The position numbers were made by a program, and so were the translations under genes. Shown one piece after another: positions 8,472 through 17,441 of a stretch of 64,000 nt of DNA. Source of the DNA: Hyphomicrobiaceae bacterium (GTDB lineage Bacteria > Pseudomonadota > Alphaproteobacteria > Rhizobiales > Hyphomicrobiaceae); the NCBI GenBank assembly GCA_031431235.1, contig JANPDA010000431.1, positions 367 to 64,366 on the forward strand, in the 5' to 3' direction. The first letter of the stretch is position 1. The number at the start of each line of letters is the position of its first letter. Under the pieces are notes generated by a model. It saw only the letters and a list, made by a program, of their open reading frames with translations. It was not told where the DNA came from and did no database searches.

Positions 8472-10433
8472 TCAAATCGTTGTCCCGACCTTCAACCCCT
8501 CCAGCACCGCCTCCTCGGCCGTGCGCGGGGACAGCGCGTCGCCGATGACCTCGACTTCGCCCTCCCAGCCCTCGAGTGCGGTTTCCAGCTCCGCCTCCCG
8601 CTCGTGGCCCTGGGCGAGCACGAGCGTGTCCATGTCCTCGAGCACGATCGGCTCGCCCGAGGTGGCGTGCTGGAAATAGGCGGTCGTGCCGTCGGCGCCA
8701 TAGAGGCGCGCATACGTCCTGACCTCGACACCGAGCTTGGCGAGCACGCCCATGGTGTGGTCGCGGACATACCAGGGCATCTGCTCGCCAGCCATCACGG
8801 CGTCGACCATCAGACGAACCTGACAACCTTCGCGCGCGAGCTTTTCGGCCAGGCCGACGCCGATCCAGTCGCTGCGCCAGTCGGCGATCACCACTTTCGA
8901 GCCGATGTTCCTTTCCCCCCGCAGCACCTGCCAGGCATCGACCGCGTTGGCCTCCTCGCGGCCTTCGAATGCGGGCCAGCGAGGCTTGGCGCCGGTTGCG
9001 ACGACAACCGCGTCGGGCTGCTCGCGCTCGACGAGCGCCCGATCGACCATGGTGCCTTTCACGATCGTGACCCCATGGATCTCGCACTCGCGCAGGAGGT
9101 TGGTCGCGAGCCCGCCGAACTCGGCCCGGCCAGGCAGCAATTGCGCGAGCAGCACTTGCCCGCCGAGCTGGCGCCCGGCGTCGTAGAGGGTGACCGCGTG
9201 GCCGCGCTCGGCGAGCACCGCGGCGGCCTTCATGCCTGCCGGTCCGCCGCCTGCGACCAGCACACGCTTCTTGCGCTCTGCCATCTGCCGCTTGCCAAAA
9301 GCGATCTCGCGGCCGCTCTCGGGGTACTGGATGCAGGAGATCGGATAGCCACGGTGGAAATGATGGATGCAGGCCTGGTTGCAGCCGATGCAGGCGCGGA
9401 TGTCGTCGGTCCTGCCGGCCTTGGCCTTCCTCGCCATCAGCGGGTCGGCGATCATCGCCCGTGTCATGGCGCAGGCGTCCGCCTCGCCGCGCACCAGCAC
9501 GCCTTCCGCGATCTGGGGCTGGTTGATGCGGCCGGCCACGATGATGGGCTTGCTGACGACCGCCTTCATGGCCGCCGCGAATGGCGCCACGTAAGCATTC
9601 TCATAAGCCATCGGCGGCACAATGTGGATCGCGCCCTGCAGCGAGGCCGAGGTGCCGGCGACAACGCTGAAGTAGTCGGGTCCACCCGCCTGGTCGAGGC
9701 TCCGGCAGGCGTCGAGCACCTGTGAGGTGTCGAGCGGATCGCTGTCCCTCTCTTCACCCGAGATCCTCAACCCGAGCACGAACCGCGGCCCGGTCGCGGC
9801 CCGGATCGCAGCGATCACCTCACGCAGGAATCGCAAGCGCTTCGCGGGCGAGCCGCCATAGTCGTCGGTCCTGAGGTTGACGCGGGGGTGCAGGAACTGG
9901 GCTGGCAGATAGCCATGGCTCGCCACAATCTCGGCGCCGTCGAGGCCCGCCGCCTGGAGCCTGTGGGCGGCGGCGGCATAGCCATCGACCACCTCCTCGA
10001 TCATGCGCACCGACATCGGCACCGGCATCACATGAAAGCGCTCGTTGGGCACAGCCGAGGGTGCGTAGGCCGCCGGGATCGAGCCGTCCTGCCCCTCCAT
10101 GATCTCACGGCCGGGATGGAAGAGCTGGCCAAAGATCTTGGTATCGCAGGCGTGCACGGCTGCCGCCAAGCGCCGGTAGCCAGGAATGCAATCGTCCGTG
10201 TGGGCCGTGAGCACATGGTTGGAGAACTTCGCCGTCTCGTGGACGGTCGCTACCTGCACGATGATGAGGCCAGCTCCGCCCTTGGCCCTCGCTTCCTGGT
10301 AGGCAACGAGGTCATCGCCGACGAGCCCCTTGCTGGCGAGCCCGGTGTCGTGACCGGTCGAGACGATCCGGTTGGCGAGCGTGACGCTGCCGATCTGGAG
10401 TGGCGAGAAGAGACGCGGGAACGGCGTTTTCAT
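8472..10433 (-). CDS. NADH:flavin oxidoreductase fused to an FAD/NAD(P)-binding domain (2,4-dienoyl-CoA reductase FadH-like)
   Basis: Old-Yellow-Enzyme-like N-terminus (FSPLQIGSVTLANRIVSTGH, ASHGYLPAQFL) and the 4Fe-4S motif IRACIGCNQACIHH. The dinucleotide fold is VLVAGGGPAGMKAA. Start taken at ATG 10433 (MKTPFPRLF). Confidence 0.85.
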   Translation of the reverse strand: MKTPFPRLFSPLQIGSVTLANRIVSTGHDTGLASKGLVGDDLVAYQEARAKGGAGLIIVQVATVHETAKFSNHVLTAHTDDCIPGYRRLAAAVHACDTKIFGQLFHPGREIMEGQDGSIPAAYAPSAVPNERFHVMPVPMSVRMIEEVVDGYAAAAHRLQAAGLDGAEIVASHGYLPAQFLHPRVNLRTDDYGGSPAKRLRFLREVIAAIRAATGPRFVLGLRISGEERDSDPLDTSQVLDACRSLDQAGGPDYFSVVAGTSASLQGAIHIVPPMAYENAYVAPFAAAMKAVVSKPIIVAGRINQPQIAEGVLVRGEADACAMTRAMIADPLMARKAKAGRTDDIRACIGCNQACIHHFHRGYPISCIQYPESGREIAFGKRQMAERKKRVLVAGGGPAGMKAAAVLAERGHAVTLYDAGRQLGGQVLLAQLLPGRAEFGGLATNLLRECEIHGVTIVKGTMVDRALVEREQPDAVVVATGAKPRWPAFEGREEANAVDAWQVLRGERNIGSKVVIADWRSDWIGVGLAEKLAREGCQVRLMVDAVMAGEQMPWYVRDHTMGVLAKLGVEVRTYARLYGADGTTAYFQHATSGEPIVLEDMDTLVLAQGHEREAELETALEGWEGEVEVIGDALSPRTAEEAVLEGLKVGTTI

Positions 10434-10597
10434 GGGGTCGACCGCGGTTGGATGTTGGCGAGTTTCCCGGCTCGGAGCGGGTCGTTTTCCTCCCCAACTC
10501 ATCCCACTCGCCGGGTCGGTTCAGGTTCCGTTCAGCTTCAGGGCGGCATTGTGACGCGCATGAGCAGGGCCAACCTGCCATCCCCAAGGAGCTTCCC

Positions 10598-10951
10598 ATG
10601 CTGTTCAGGCGCTTCCCGGAGACCATCCTGCTCGCGACGCTGATGGTCGTGTTCGTCGTGCTCGCAGGCGTTTTCCAGGCCCGTGCCGATTGTTTCGAGG
10701 GTATCGGCTGCACCGACAGCGACACCTTCGAGAGATCGGCCCTGAAGTAGCTTTCCTGCCAAAACCTCTGGCACGTCCGCAACCGCATTTTCGACGAGAA
10801 CGGCTATTGCTTCAAGACCGCGCGCGGGAAAAAGGCCTTCGACAACTCAGACTGCTCGATCGACGACCAGGATGGCGTGCCCATGAACGACATTGAGCGC
10901 GCCAACGTCGTCGCCATCGAGACGGTCGAGAGCTCGAAGGGTTGCAGATAG
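10598..10951 (+). pseudogene. secreted YARHG-domain protein interrupted by an in-frame TAG at 10748-10750
   Basis: AAGGAG RBS 6 nt before ATG 10598. The signal-like N-terminus is MLFRRFPETILLATLMVVFVVLAGVFQARA. After the amber codon the same frame continues LSCQNLWHVRNRIFDENGYCFKTARGKKAFDNSDC... to TAG at 10949-10951, which is the YARHG motif. Confidence 0.7.
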
Positions 10952-10957
10952 TCTCCC

Positions 10958-11854
10958 TCAGGACGTCCTCGCCCGCGTGCTCCACAGGGCAAGCAGGCTG
11001 GAGAAGGCAATGACCCCGGCCCCCAGCCAGACATTGTGCGTGGGTAAATCGCCGAAGACGAGCCAGCCGAGCACCACCGACCAGACGAAAGACGTGTATT
11101 CCATCGGCGCAACGGCGGAAGCCGGCGCCCGGCGATATCCTTCGAACATGCAGAACTGGCTCATGCCCCCGATCACGCCGAGCAGGACCAGCAAGCCCAA
11201 AGTCGCCCAATCGAGCGTGATCCAGGTCGCAACGCCCGCCAGCGTCATCAGGCAGAACATCGAGTTCGAGATCAGCATCTGCACGATTGTCGGCTCCTGA
11301 TTGAGCGCGTGTCGCACCAGGATGCCTGACATGCCCCAGAGCGCGGCCGCCGCCAGCACGAGCAGCGCCGGCACGAGATCGGGCCGCCCGGCGGGGTCTG
11401 TCGCGAGCACCACACCGACAAAACCGGCGGTCACTGCGGCCCATCGCCAGGGACCCGGTCGTTCCTTCAGGATCAGAACCGAGAGGATCGTCACGAAGAG
11501 CGGTGCCGCGTAGTAGATCGTCGTCATCTCGGCGAGCTGGAGCCTTTGCGCGGCCGTGTAGTAGCAGAGCCAAGCCGCGAGGATGAGCAGGCCGCGCGCA
11601 AAGTGCCAGCCCAGCCGGGGCGATACGAAGGCCTGCCTGGCGAGGCCCGGCCCGCGCAGCACCAGCAACAGCGCCACGATCGTGAAACTGCGCACAAACA
11701 GCGCCTCCAGGATCGGGGTGTCCCTGCCGACCCATTTCATGATCGCATCCTGACCCGTGAACATCATGTAGGCGAGGCCCGCGAAGGCGACGCCTTTCAG
11801 CACCTCGCCAGGACTGTCGACGATGGCGGTCGCCTTGTCGGAGTGAGCGGTCAT
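10958..11854 (-). CDS. DMT superfamily (EamA-like) transporter
   Basis: 298 aa with ten hydrophobic segments, MTAHSDKATAIVDSPGEVLKGVAFAGLAYMMFTGQDAIMKW... The ATG overlaps the stop of the upstream permease gene (ATGA). Confidence 0.8.
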   Translation of the reverse strand: MTAHSDKATAIVDSPGEVLKGVAFAGLAYMMFTGQDAIMKWVGRDTPILEALFVRSFTIVALLLVLRGPGLARQAFVSPRLGWHFARGLLILAAWLCYYTAAQRLQLAEMTTIYYAAPLFVTILSVLILKERPGPWRWAAVTAGFVGVVLATDPAGRPDLVPALLVLAAAALWGMSGILVRHALNQEPTIVQMLISNSMFCLMTLAGVATWITLDWATLGLLVLLGVIGGMSQFCMFEGYRRAPASAVAPMEYTSFVWSVVLGWLVFGDLPTHNVWLGAGVIAFSSLLALWSTRARTS

Positions 11855-12525
11855 CGGCTCCGTGCCTGCTTGCCGCGCGATTCCAGATAGCCGAGCAAGC
11901 GCACCATCGGCCACAGGATCGCGAGGTAGATCAGTGCCGCGGCGATCAGGGGGGACGGGTTGGCGGTCAGAGCCTGGGCGTCGAACGCCTGCTTCAGCAG
12001 GTCGGGCATGGCAACGAACGCCGCGAGCGAGGTCGCCTTCACGGCTTCGATGCAGCTCGACGTGTAAGGCGGCAGCACGATCCGGAACGCTTGCGGCATG
12101 ACGACCTCGAGGAGTGCGACCGCAAACGGCAGCCCGAGCGCGGACGCGGCCTCCCACTGCCCCTTTGGCACGGCCTCGATGCCGGCCCGGAAAATCTCCG
12201 CTGCGAATGCCGCGAACACGATCGAAAGCGCGATCGCCGCCGCCGTGAAGCTCGAGAGCACGATGCCGACGAAGGGCAGCGCGAAATAGACCAGCACAAC
12301 CGAGATGAGGGCAGGCAGCGAGCGAAAAATGTCGGTGAAAGCAGTCGCGATGATACGGACCGGCAGCCAGCCATAGAGCCGCGCGAGCGCAGCCGCGATC
12401 CCGAGCAGCGTTCCAAACACGATGCAGGTGGCCCCGAGCACCAGTGTCGTGCGCACACCCAGCAGCAGCATGGGCAGGGTGCGGGTCATTACCTCGATGT
12501 TGAAGAAGGTGTCGACGAGGGTCAT
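11851..12525 (-). CDS. amino-acid ABC transporter permease (His/Glu/Gln/Arg/opine family)
   Basis: 224 aa with the EAA-loop region EAASALGLPFAVALLEVVMPQAFRIVLPPY. The topology is typical of polar amino-acid permeases. Confidence 0.85.
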   Translation of the reverse strand: MTLVDTFFNIEVMTRTLPMLLLGVRTTLVLGATCIVFGTLLGIAAALARLYGWLPVRIIATAFTDIFRSLPALISVVLVYFALPFVGIVLSSFTAAAIALSIVFAAFAAEIFRAGIEAVPKGQWEAASALGLPFAVALLEVVMPQAFRIVLPPYTSSCIEAVKATSLAAFVAMPDLLKQAFDAQALTANPSPLIAAALIYLAILWPMVRLLGYLESRGKQARSR

Positions 12526-12639
12526 GGGTGGCGGGGCTCGGTGTGCGGACTTGCGCGCGTTGCCGGCCGACAGTGACCCGGGCGCGCCCGGGGCGCAACA
12601 CTGCTCTCGCCGTGCGCGGCCGCAAGGCGGAGAGGCTGG

Positions 12640-13551
12640 TCAGTTGTCGAAAATGACGGCGATCACCCGGTAGCCGTCCTTGGTCAGCACGGCGGGCAAA
12701 TCCGCTTCGGGCGCATCGACCGTGCCCGTCACGGTTATCGTGCCGCTCGAGCCGATGTCGTTGGCGGCAAGCCGCCGGCGCATGCTCTCGACCTCGATCG
12801 GGAAGCCGTGACCGCTGCGGGTATAGCCGTAGCGTGTATCGCCGGACTCGCGCTGCCAGAACCGCGGCACCTCGCCGAACCGCTGATCCTCGCTCAGCGC
12901 CTCGTCGCGCCCGGTCACCCACCTCAGAAGCGCGCTCGCGTTGCGCTGGTGCATGCGGATGCAACCATGGGAATCGACCGTTCCGAGCCGCCGGTAGGCC
13001 CCCGGCGTGGTGCCATGGAAGGCAACGCCCGAGCGCCGGCCGCCGTCATAGTGGAGGTCGATCCACATCGCGTTGATCATACCCGGCCCGGCATAGCCCG
13101 GCACGATCCGGCCGCGCCGCTCGTCGAGCCCGAACACGCCTGTCGGAGTCGGCCCGGAAAGCCTGTCGCCGGGATACTTCCGGCCGGTCGAGACCAGCCA
13201 GCTATAGGCCGGCTCGCCGCCTGCCGGCAGCTTTTTCTTCCAATGGGCCTCGTCCCACATGGCGAGCCGCCATGTTCCCCCGATCCGATCGCGATGCAAA
13301 ACCCACATGCGCTGCTGGTTCGGCCCCGAGGTCGCGGCATTGACATAGAGCGCAATGGTGAAGCGTGGATCGATTTCTGCAGGCGCGAGATAGCTGGGCG
13401 TGCCCGCCAGGCTTTCCAGATAGGCCAAGGCGCCGCTCGGCACCGGCTCCAGCTCTCCGGCGGTTGCCCGTCCCTGATGCGCGATCAGCCAAGCCACACC
13501 CAGCAGCGCCGCGGCTGCGATACGCGCCAACCTACCAATCCATCCCGCCAT
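12640..13551 (-). CDS. L,D-transpeptidase (YkuD domain)
   Basis: Signal/TM segment MAGWIGRLARIAAAALLGVAWLIA, then the catalytic motif AFHGTTPGAYRRLGTVDSHGCIRM. Start taken at ATG 13551. Confidence 0.8.
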   Translation of the reverse strand: MAGWIGRLARIAAAALLGVAWLIAHQGRATAGELEPVPSGALAYLESLAGTPSYLAPAEIDPRFTIALYVNAATSGPNQQRMWVLHRDRIGGTWRLAMWDEAHWKKKLPAGGEPAYSWLVSTGRKYPGDRLSGPTPTGVFGLDERRGRIVPGYAGPGMINAMWIDLHYDGGRRSGVAFHGTTPGAYRRLGTVDSHGCIRMHQRNASALLRWVTGRDEALSEDQRFGEVPRFWQRESGDTRYGYTRSGHGFPIEVESMRRRLAANDIGSSGTITVTGTVDAPEADLPAVLTKDGYRVIAVIFDN

Positions 13552-13766
13552 CACTGGCTTCCTTTGACGACGGCCTCGGGCGCGGTTGCACCGGCCGATT
13601 GGTTTGATTCGATCGTGACGAGCATGACATGAAGCCGCTGTAGCCAGGACACGGCACGGTATGGCACGCAGCCGATTCGGTGCGAGCTGATGCAGGTTCG
13701 CCACCCACTGTCACGGCAGCCGCAGCCGATCCGATTGATCCGGGCAGGTCGGTGATGCCATAGAGG

Positions 13767-14957
13767 GTGCATGTCGGACGTCGAGATTGCGCATGGGAGC
13801 CGAGATTGACGGCCACGGAACTCGTCATCACCAATGCGCGCATCGTTCTGGCGGAACGAGTGATCGAGCGTGGGCATGTGGTCGTCGAAGGCGGACGGAT
13901 CGTCGCGGTCGAGGCGGGCACATCGCAGGCTGTGGGCGGCAAGGATCTGGGCGGCGACTTGCTGATCCCCGGCCTCGTCGAGTTGCATACCGACCATCTG
14001 GAAGCCCATTTCATGCCACGCTCAGGCGTGCTGTGGGATGCCGGTGCCGCCGTGCTGGCCTACGACGCCCAGATCGTGGCGGCGGGCATCACCACCGTCT
14101 TCGATTCGCTGCGCTGCGGCAGCTACGAGCCGGTCGACCTGGTGGCCGATGAGACCGCGAAGCTCGCCGGTGCGATCGAGGCGGCTGGAGCTGCAGGCAT
14201 GCTGCGGGCTGAGCATCTCTTGCATCTGCGCTGCGAGCTGACGGCACCCGAGGCTGCTGACGTTGCACAAGGGCTGCTGCGCAAGCACGAGGCTCGCCTC
14301 ATCTCGCTGATGGACCACACGCCGGGCCAGCGCCAGGTGCGCGATCTGGACCGGATCAAGGGCTATTACCGCCGGCGCGGCGAGCTGGACGAGGCCGGGA
14401 TCGAAGCCCTGATCGCCGAGCGAATCGCCCGCGGCGAGGAGAACAGTGGTCCCCAGCGCAAGGCGATCGTGGCACTCGCGCGCCAGCATGGTGCGGTGCT
14501 TGCGAGCCATGACGACGCGAGCAGGGCGCACGTCGCCGAGGCCGTCGCCGATGGCGTGGCAATCGCGGAGTTCCCAACCACCCTCGAGGCAGCGGAAGCC
14601 TCGCACGCGGCTGGCATCCGCGTGCTGATGGGAGCGCCCAATCTCGTTCGTGGCGGATCGCATTCGGGCAATGTGGCTGCGATCGACCTCGTCCGTCGCG
14701 GCTCGCTCGACATCGTCTCGTCCGACTATATTCCAGCTAGTCTGCTGGTGGCGGTCGGCCGGATCGTTGCGATGGACGCCGGCTTCGAGCTTCCGAGCGC
14801 TGTCGCGCTGGTCACGCGCAACCCGGCGGAGGCTGCTGGGCTCCACGACCGGGGCGAGATCGCGGTCGGCAAGCGCGCGGATCTCGTGCACCTCGGCCGG
14901 CTCGCTGGGCGACCCGTCGTGCGGGCGGTCTGGCGCGCCGGCGAGCGGGTATTCTGA
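13767..14957 (+). CDS. phnM: alpha-D-ribose 1-methylphosphonate 5-triphosphate diphosphatase
   Basis: Amidohydrolase fold: LVITNARIVL...GGRIVAVE...LLIPGLVELHTDHLE and VSSDYIPASLL, typical of PhnM. The exact start is uncertain. Confidence 0.8.
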   Translation: MHVGRRDCAWEPRLTATELVITNARIVLAERVIERGHVVVEGGRIVAVEAGTSQAVGGKDLGGDLLIPGLVELHTDHLEAHFMPRSGVLWDAGAAVLAYDAQIVAAGITTVFDSLRCGSYEPVDLVADETAKLAGAIEAAGAAGMLRAEHLLHLRCELTAPEAADVAQGLLRKHEARLISLMDHTPGQRQVRDLDRIKGYYRRRGELDEAGIEALIAERIARGEENSGPQRKAIVALARQHGAVLASHDDASRAHVAEAVADGVAIAEFPTTLEAAEASHAAGIRVLMGAPNLVRGGSHSGNVAAIDLVRRGSLDIVSSDYIPASLLVAVGRIVAMDAGFELPSAVALVTRNPAEAAGLHDRGEIAVGKRADLVHLGRLAGRPVVRAVWRAGERVF

Positions 14958-14973
14958 GCGGGGGGAGCAAGCG

Positions 14974-15549
14974 ATGGCCGATCCCAGGAGCCACACTGCG
15001 CCAGCCGGCGGAACGCTCGTTCTGGTGGTTGGGCCATCTGGCGCCGGCAAGGACACTCTGATCGGCGAGGCCAAGACCCGACTGGCGAGCGACAATCGCT
15101 TCGTCTTTCCCCGCCGGATCGTGACGCGGGCCGCCTCACGTTGGGAGGATCATGACACCCTCGACGAGGCGCGGTTCGCAATCGACCTCGCCGCTGGAAG
15201 CTTTGTTGTCCATTGGCGCGCACATGGGCTCTCCTACGCGCTGCCTGCAACGATCGACGGCGATCTATCGGCCGGCCGTATTGCCATCTGCAACGTGTCT
15301 CGAAGCGTGATCCACAGCCTCAAAGCACGTTATCGGCGGGTCCGGGTGGTGCTGATCGAGGCGCGGCCAGAGGTTTTGGTGGACCGCCTCGCCAAGCGCG
15401 GCCGCGAGCAGGACCTCGCAACGCGCGCTCCCGCCGCCCGTCCCGATCTCGATCCCGGCCTTGCCGATGACCGCATCGACAACTCGGGCGAGGTCGCGCC
15501 GGCGGTCGAGGCGTTCATGGCGCTGTTGGCGCGCTATGCCGGTGGGTAG
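14974..15549 (+). CDS. phnN: ribose 1,5-bisphosphokinase
   Basis: 191 aa with the P-loop LVVGPSGAGKDTLI, followed by RRIVTR...HWRAHGLSYALP, as in PhnN. It lies 17 nt after phnM. Confidence 0.8.
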   Translation: MADPRSHTAPAGGTLVLVVGPSGAGKDTLIGEAKTRLASDNRFVFPRRIVTRAASRWEDHDTLDEARFAIDLAAGSFVVHWRAHGLSYALPATIDGDLSAGRIAICNVSRSVIHSLKARYRRVRVVLIEARPEVLVDRLAKRGREQDLATRAPAARPDLDPGLADDRIDNSGEVAPAVEAFMALLARYAGG

Positions 15550-15965
15550 ACCGATGGCGCGAGCGGCTGAACCGAGACGCCTGCAAGCTTGGCTCCAGCC
15601 GCTAGCAGCCTCTTGTCGGCCGTGATCAGGGGAGCTGCCTCACGCTCGGCGAGCGCGAAGTAGACGCAATCGTAGACCGGATGATCGAGGGCCATTGCGA
15701 GTGCCAGCGCGCGACGCGCCAGTGGTCGGGATGGCTCGATGCGGGTGAACGATTGGGGAAGCACGTCGTTGGCCAGCTCTGCATCGGCAGCTCGGATGCG
15801 CTTCAGCCGAACGGACCGCCAGAGTACGTTCGCAACCTCGATCAGAAGCAGGTCGGGCGCGATCAGCTCGACACCGGGTCGGGCCAACGCTCGCGCCTCC
15901 GGTGAGCCGGTCTGACTGATCAGCCACTTGATTGCGACGCTCGCATCGACAACCAGAGCCGTCAT
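15534..15965 (-). CDS. vapC: type II toxin VapC (PIN domain), FitB-like; paralog of 6696..7103
   Basis: 143 aa: LVVDASVAIKWL...DHPVYDCVYFALAEREAAPLITADKRL. There is a 4-nt overlap with the antitoxin gene, and the 3' end overlaps the phnN 3' end by 16 nt (convergent). Confidence 0.85.
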   Translation of the reverse strand: MTALVVDASVAIKWLISQTGSPEARALARPGVELIAPDLLLIEVANVLWRSVRLKRIRAADAELANDVLPQSFTRIEPSRPLARRALALAMALDHPVYDCVYFALAEREAAPLITADKRLLAAGAKLAGVSVQPLAPSVYPPA

Positions 15966-16204
15966 CTGCTGTCCCGGTCCTCGCGGATGAGTGTCGTCGA
16001 GTCACCTTCGACTTCCCCGATACGCGCCCGTACTGCGTCGATGCGGCGCCAGATCTCCTCCCGATCCGGGCTCGCTGCTGCGATCAAGATATCGCGCACC
16101 GTCTGCTCGAGTGACGCCCTGGATGCTGTTGCCCGCGCCTTCAACTGGGCAATGACATTGTCGTCCAGATTGCGAACGATGATCTGTCCCATGATGACCT
16201 CCAT
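15962..16204 (-). CDS. vapB: type II antitoxin, FitA/VapB-like; paralog of 7084..7326
   Basis: MGQIIVRNLDDNVIAQLKARA...DSTTLIREDRDSR. The likely start is MGQ at 16192. Confidence 0.8.
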   Translation of the reverse strand: MEVIMGQIIVRNLDDNVIAQLKARATASRASLEQTVRDILIAAASPDREEIWRRIDAVRARIGEVEGDSTTLIREDRDSR

Positions 16205-16321
16205 GATATCATCATGATAGCATGAATCGAGGGCTTGTCACAACCAAAACTTGACCCATCGTCAAACGCGAAGCAGCGTGAAGCGTGCCTACACCAAGGC
16301 AGATTCAAGGAGGCTCCCCTC

Positions 16322-16519
16322 ATGCGCCTGCCGCAAGATGCCATCTCCGAAACTTCCGTCATGCGTCTCGTCCAGCGCGTGCGCCGGATCGAGTTGCGGG
16401 AGGCGGGCGAGAATGTCGTCGACCTCCTGCGGGAACGCGAGGCGCAGGTCGTGCGCGAGGAGCAGCAGACTGCCGCGCAAGCGGCGCGCGAGGCCCCTCA
16501 GCCTGCCCACGAGCCTTGA
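16322..16519 (+). CDS. hypothetical small protein (65 aa)
   Basis: AAGGAGG sits 7 nt upstream of ATG 16322 and third-position GC is high. Product is MRLPQDAISETSVMRLVQRVRRIELREAGENVVDLLREREAQVVREEQQ... No family recognised. Confidence 0.4.
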   Translation: MRLPQDAISETSVMRLVQRVRRIELREAGENVVDLLREREAQVVREEQQTAAQAAREAPQPAHEP

Positions 16520-16520
16520 G

Positions 16521-17441
16521 TCAAGGTTTCAGCTCGCCCATCGCCGCCTCGCCCGGCGCCGAGAAGACGGCGTCGGGATCGCCGGTGTGGCCATAGCTCG
16601 ACCAGGCCTTGAAGCCGAGCCGCTCGCGCGTTTCGGGCGCCAGGCCCGCGAGCACCTCGGGCCGTATGCCTCGCGAGTAGTTCTCGAGCTGGCGGCACTG
16701 GGGGGCGCAGAAATTGGTCGTGATGCCAAAGCGCGGCCGCTGCGAGGTATTCGCTCCCGCTCCATGCCAGATGCGGCCGTCGAAGGCGAAGGCGGTGCCG
16801 GCAGGCCCGACGGCAGCCACGGTTGCGACCGGATGCGGCACGCTCGGGTCCGGATCGCGGCCCGATAGATGGCTGCCGGGCACCAGCCGCGTCGCCCCGT
16901 TCTCGAGTGTGAAATCGGTCACCATCCACATCACATCGGCAACCATGGCGGCGCTGATCGGCTCAGCCGACGGCGAGGGATCACGCGAGGTGCCGCGATT
17001 GCGTCGCCGGCCGCCGGCGGCCTGGTGCGTTCCCGGCAGCGCGGGCGGCGGCATCCACCATTGATCGGAATGGAGCGGCATCGCCTGTGCGCCCGGATGC
17101 TGGATCTGGGCGTCGACGCAACTGATGAGATAATCCTCGCCCAGCAGCGCCGCCACCAGCGGAGTTGCGAGCGGATGGGAAACGAGCTCGCGGAATGGCG
17201 CGCCCTTGTTCAGCAGCATGCCGATCCACTGGTTGCGCCCTTGCGGATTGGCGGGGTTCTTCATGGCGTGCAGCACACGTTCGGCTTCGGCTTGCTCGAG
17301 CATCCGTTGCTGCAGCCGCTTCAGCGTGTCCCCCTCGACTGCCCGCTCGATCAGGCAATAGCCGTGGGCGAGGAGATCGCGCTTCAGTCGCGCGGGATCG
17401 CGGGTCGGTTGAGGCAGTGTCGGCGTGCTCTGGCCTCTCAT
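16521..17441 (-). CDS. phytanoyl-CoA dioxygenase (PhyH) family Fe(II)/2-oxoglutarate oxygenase
   Basis: 306 aa with PLHSDQWW, the facial-triad region TLENGATRLVPGSH, and RIWHGAGANTS. Confidence 0.75.
   Translation of the reverse strand: MRGQSTPTLPQPTRDPARLKRDLLAHGYCLIERAVEGDTLKRLQQRMLEQAEAERVLHAMKNPANPQGRNQWIGMLLNKGAPFRELVSHPLATPLVAALLGEDYLISCVDAQIQHPGAQAMPLHSDQWWMPPPALPGTHQAAGGRRRNRGTSRDPSPSAEPISAAMVADVMWMVTDFTLENGATRLVPGSHLSGRDPDPSVPHPVATVAAVGPAGTAFAFDGRIWHGAGANTSQRPRFGITTNFCAPQCRQLENYSRGIRPEVLAGLAPETRERLGFKAWSSYGHTGDPDAVFSAPGEAAMGELKP

Noticed and set aside
10748-10750. TAG decoded as pyrrolysine (an MttB-family gene is in the same window)
   Set aside because: No pylT/pylS/pylBCD genes are visible, and the MttB homolog itself has no in-frame TAG. 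Nonsense mutation, sequencing error or low-level readthrough are the simpler explanations.
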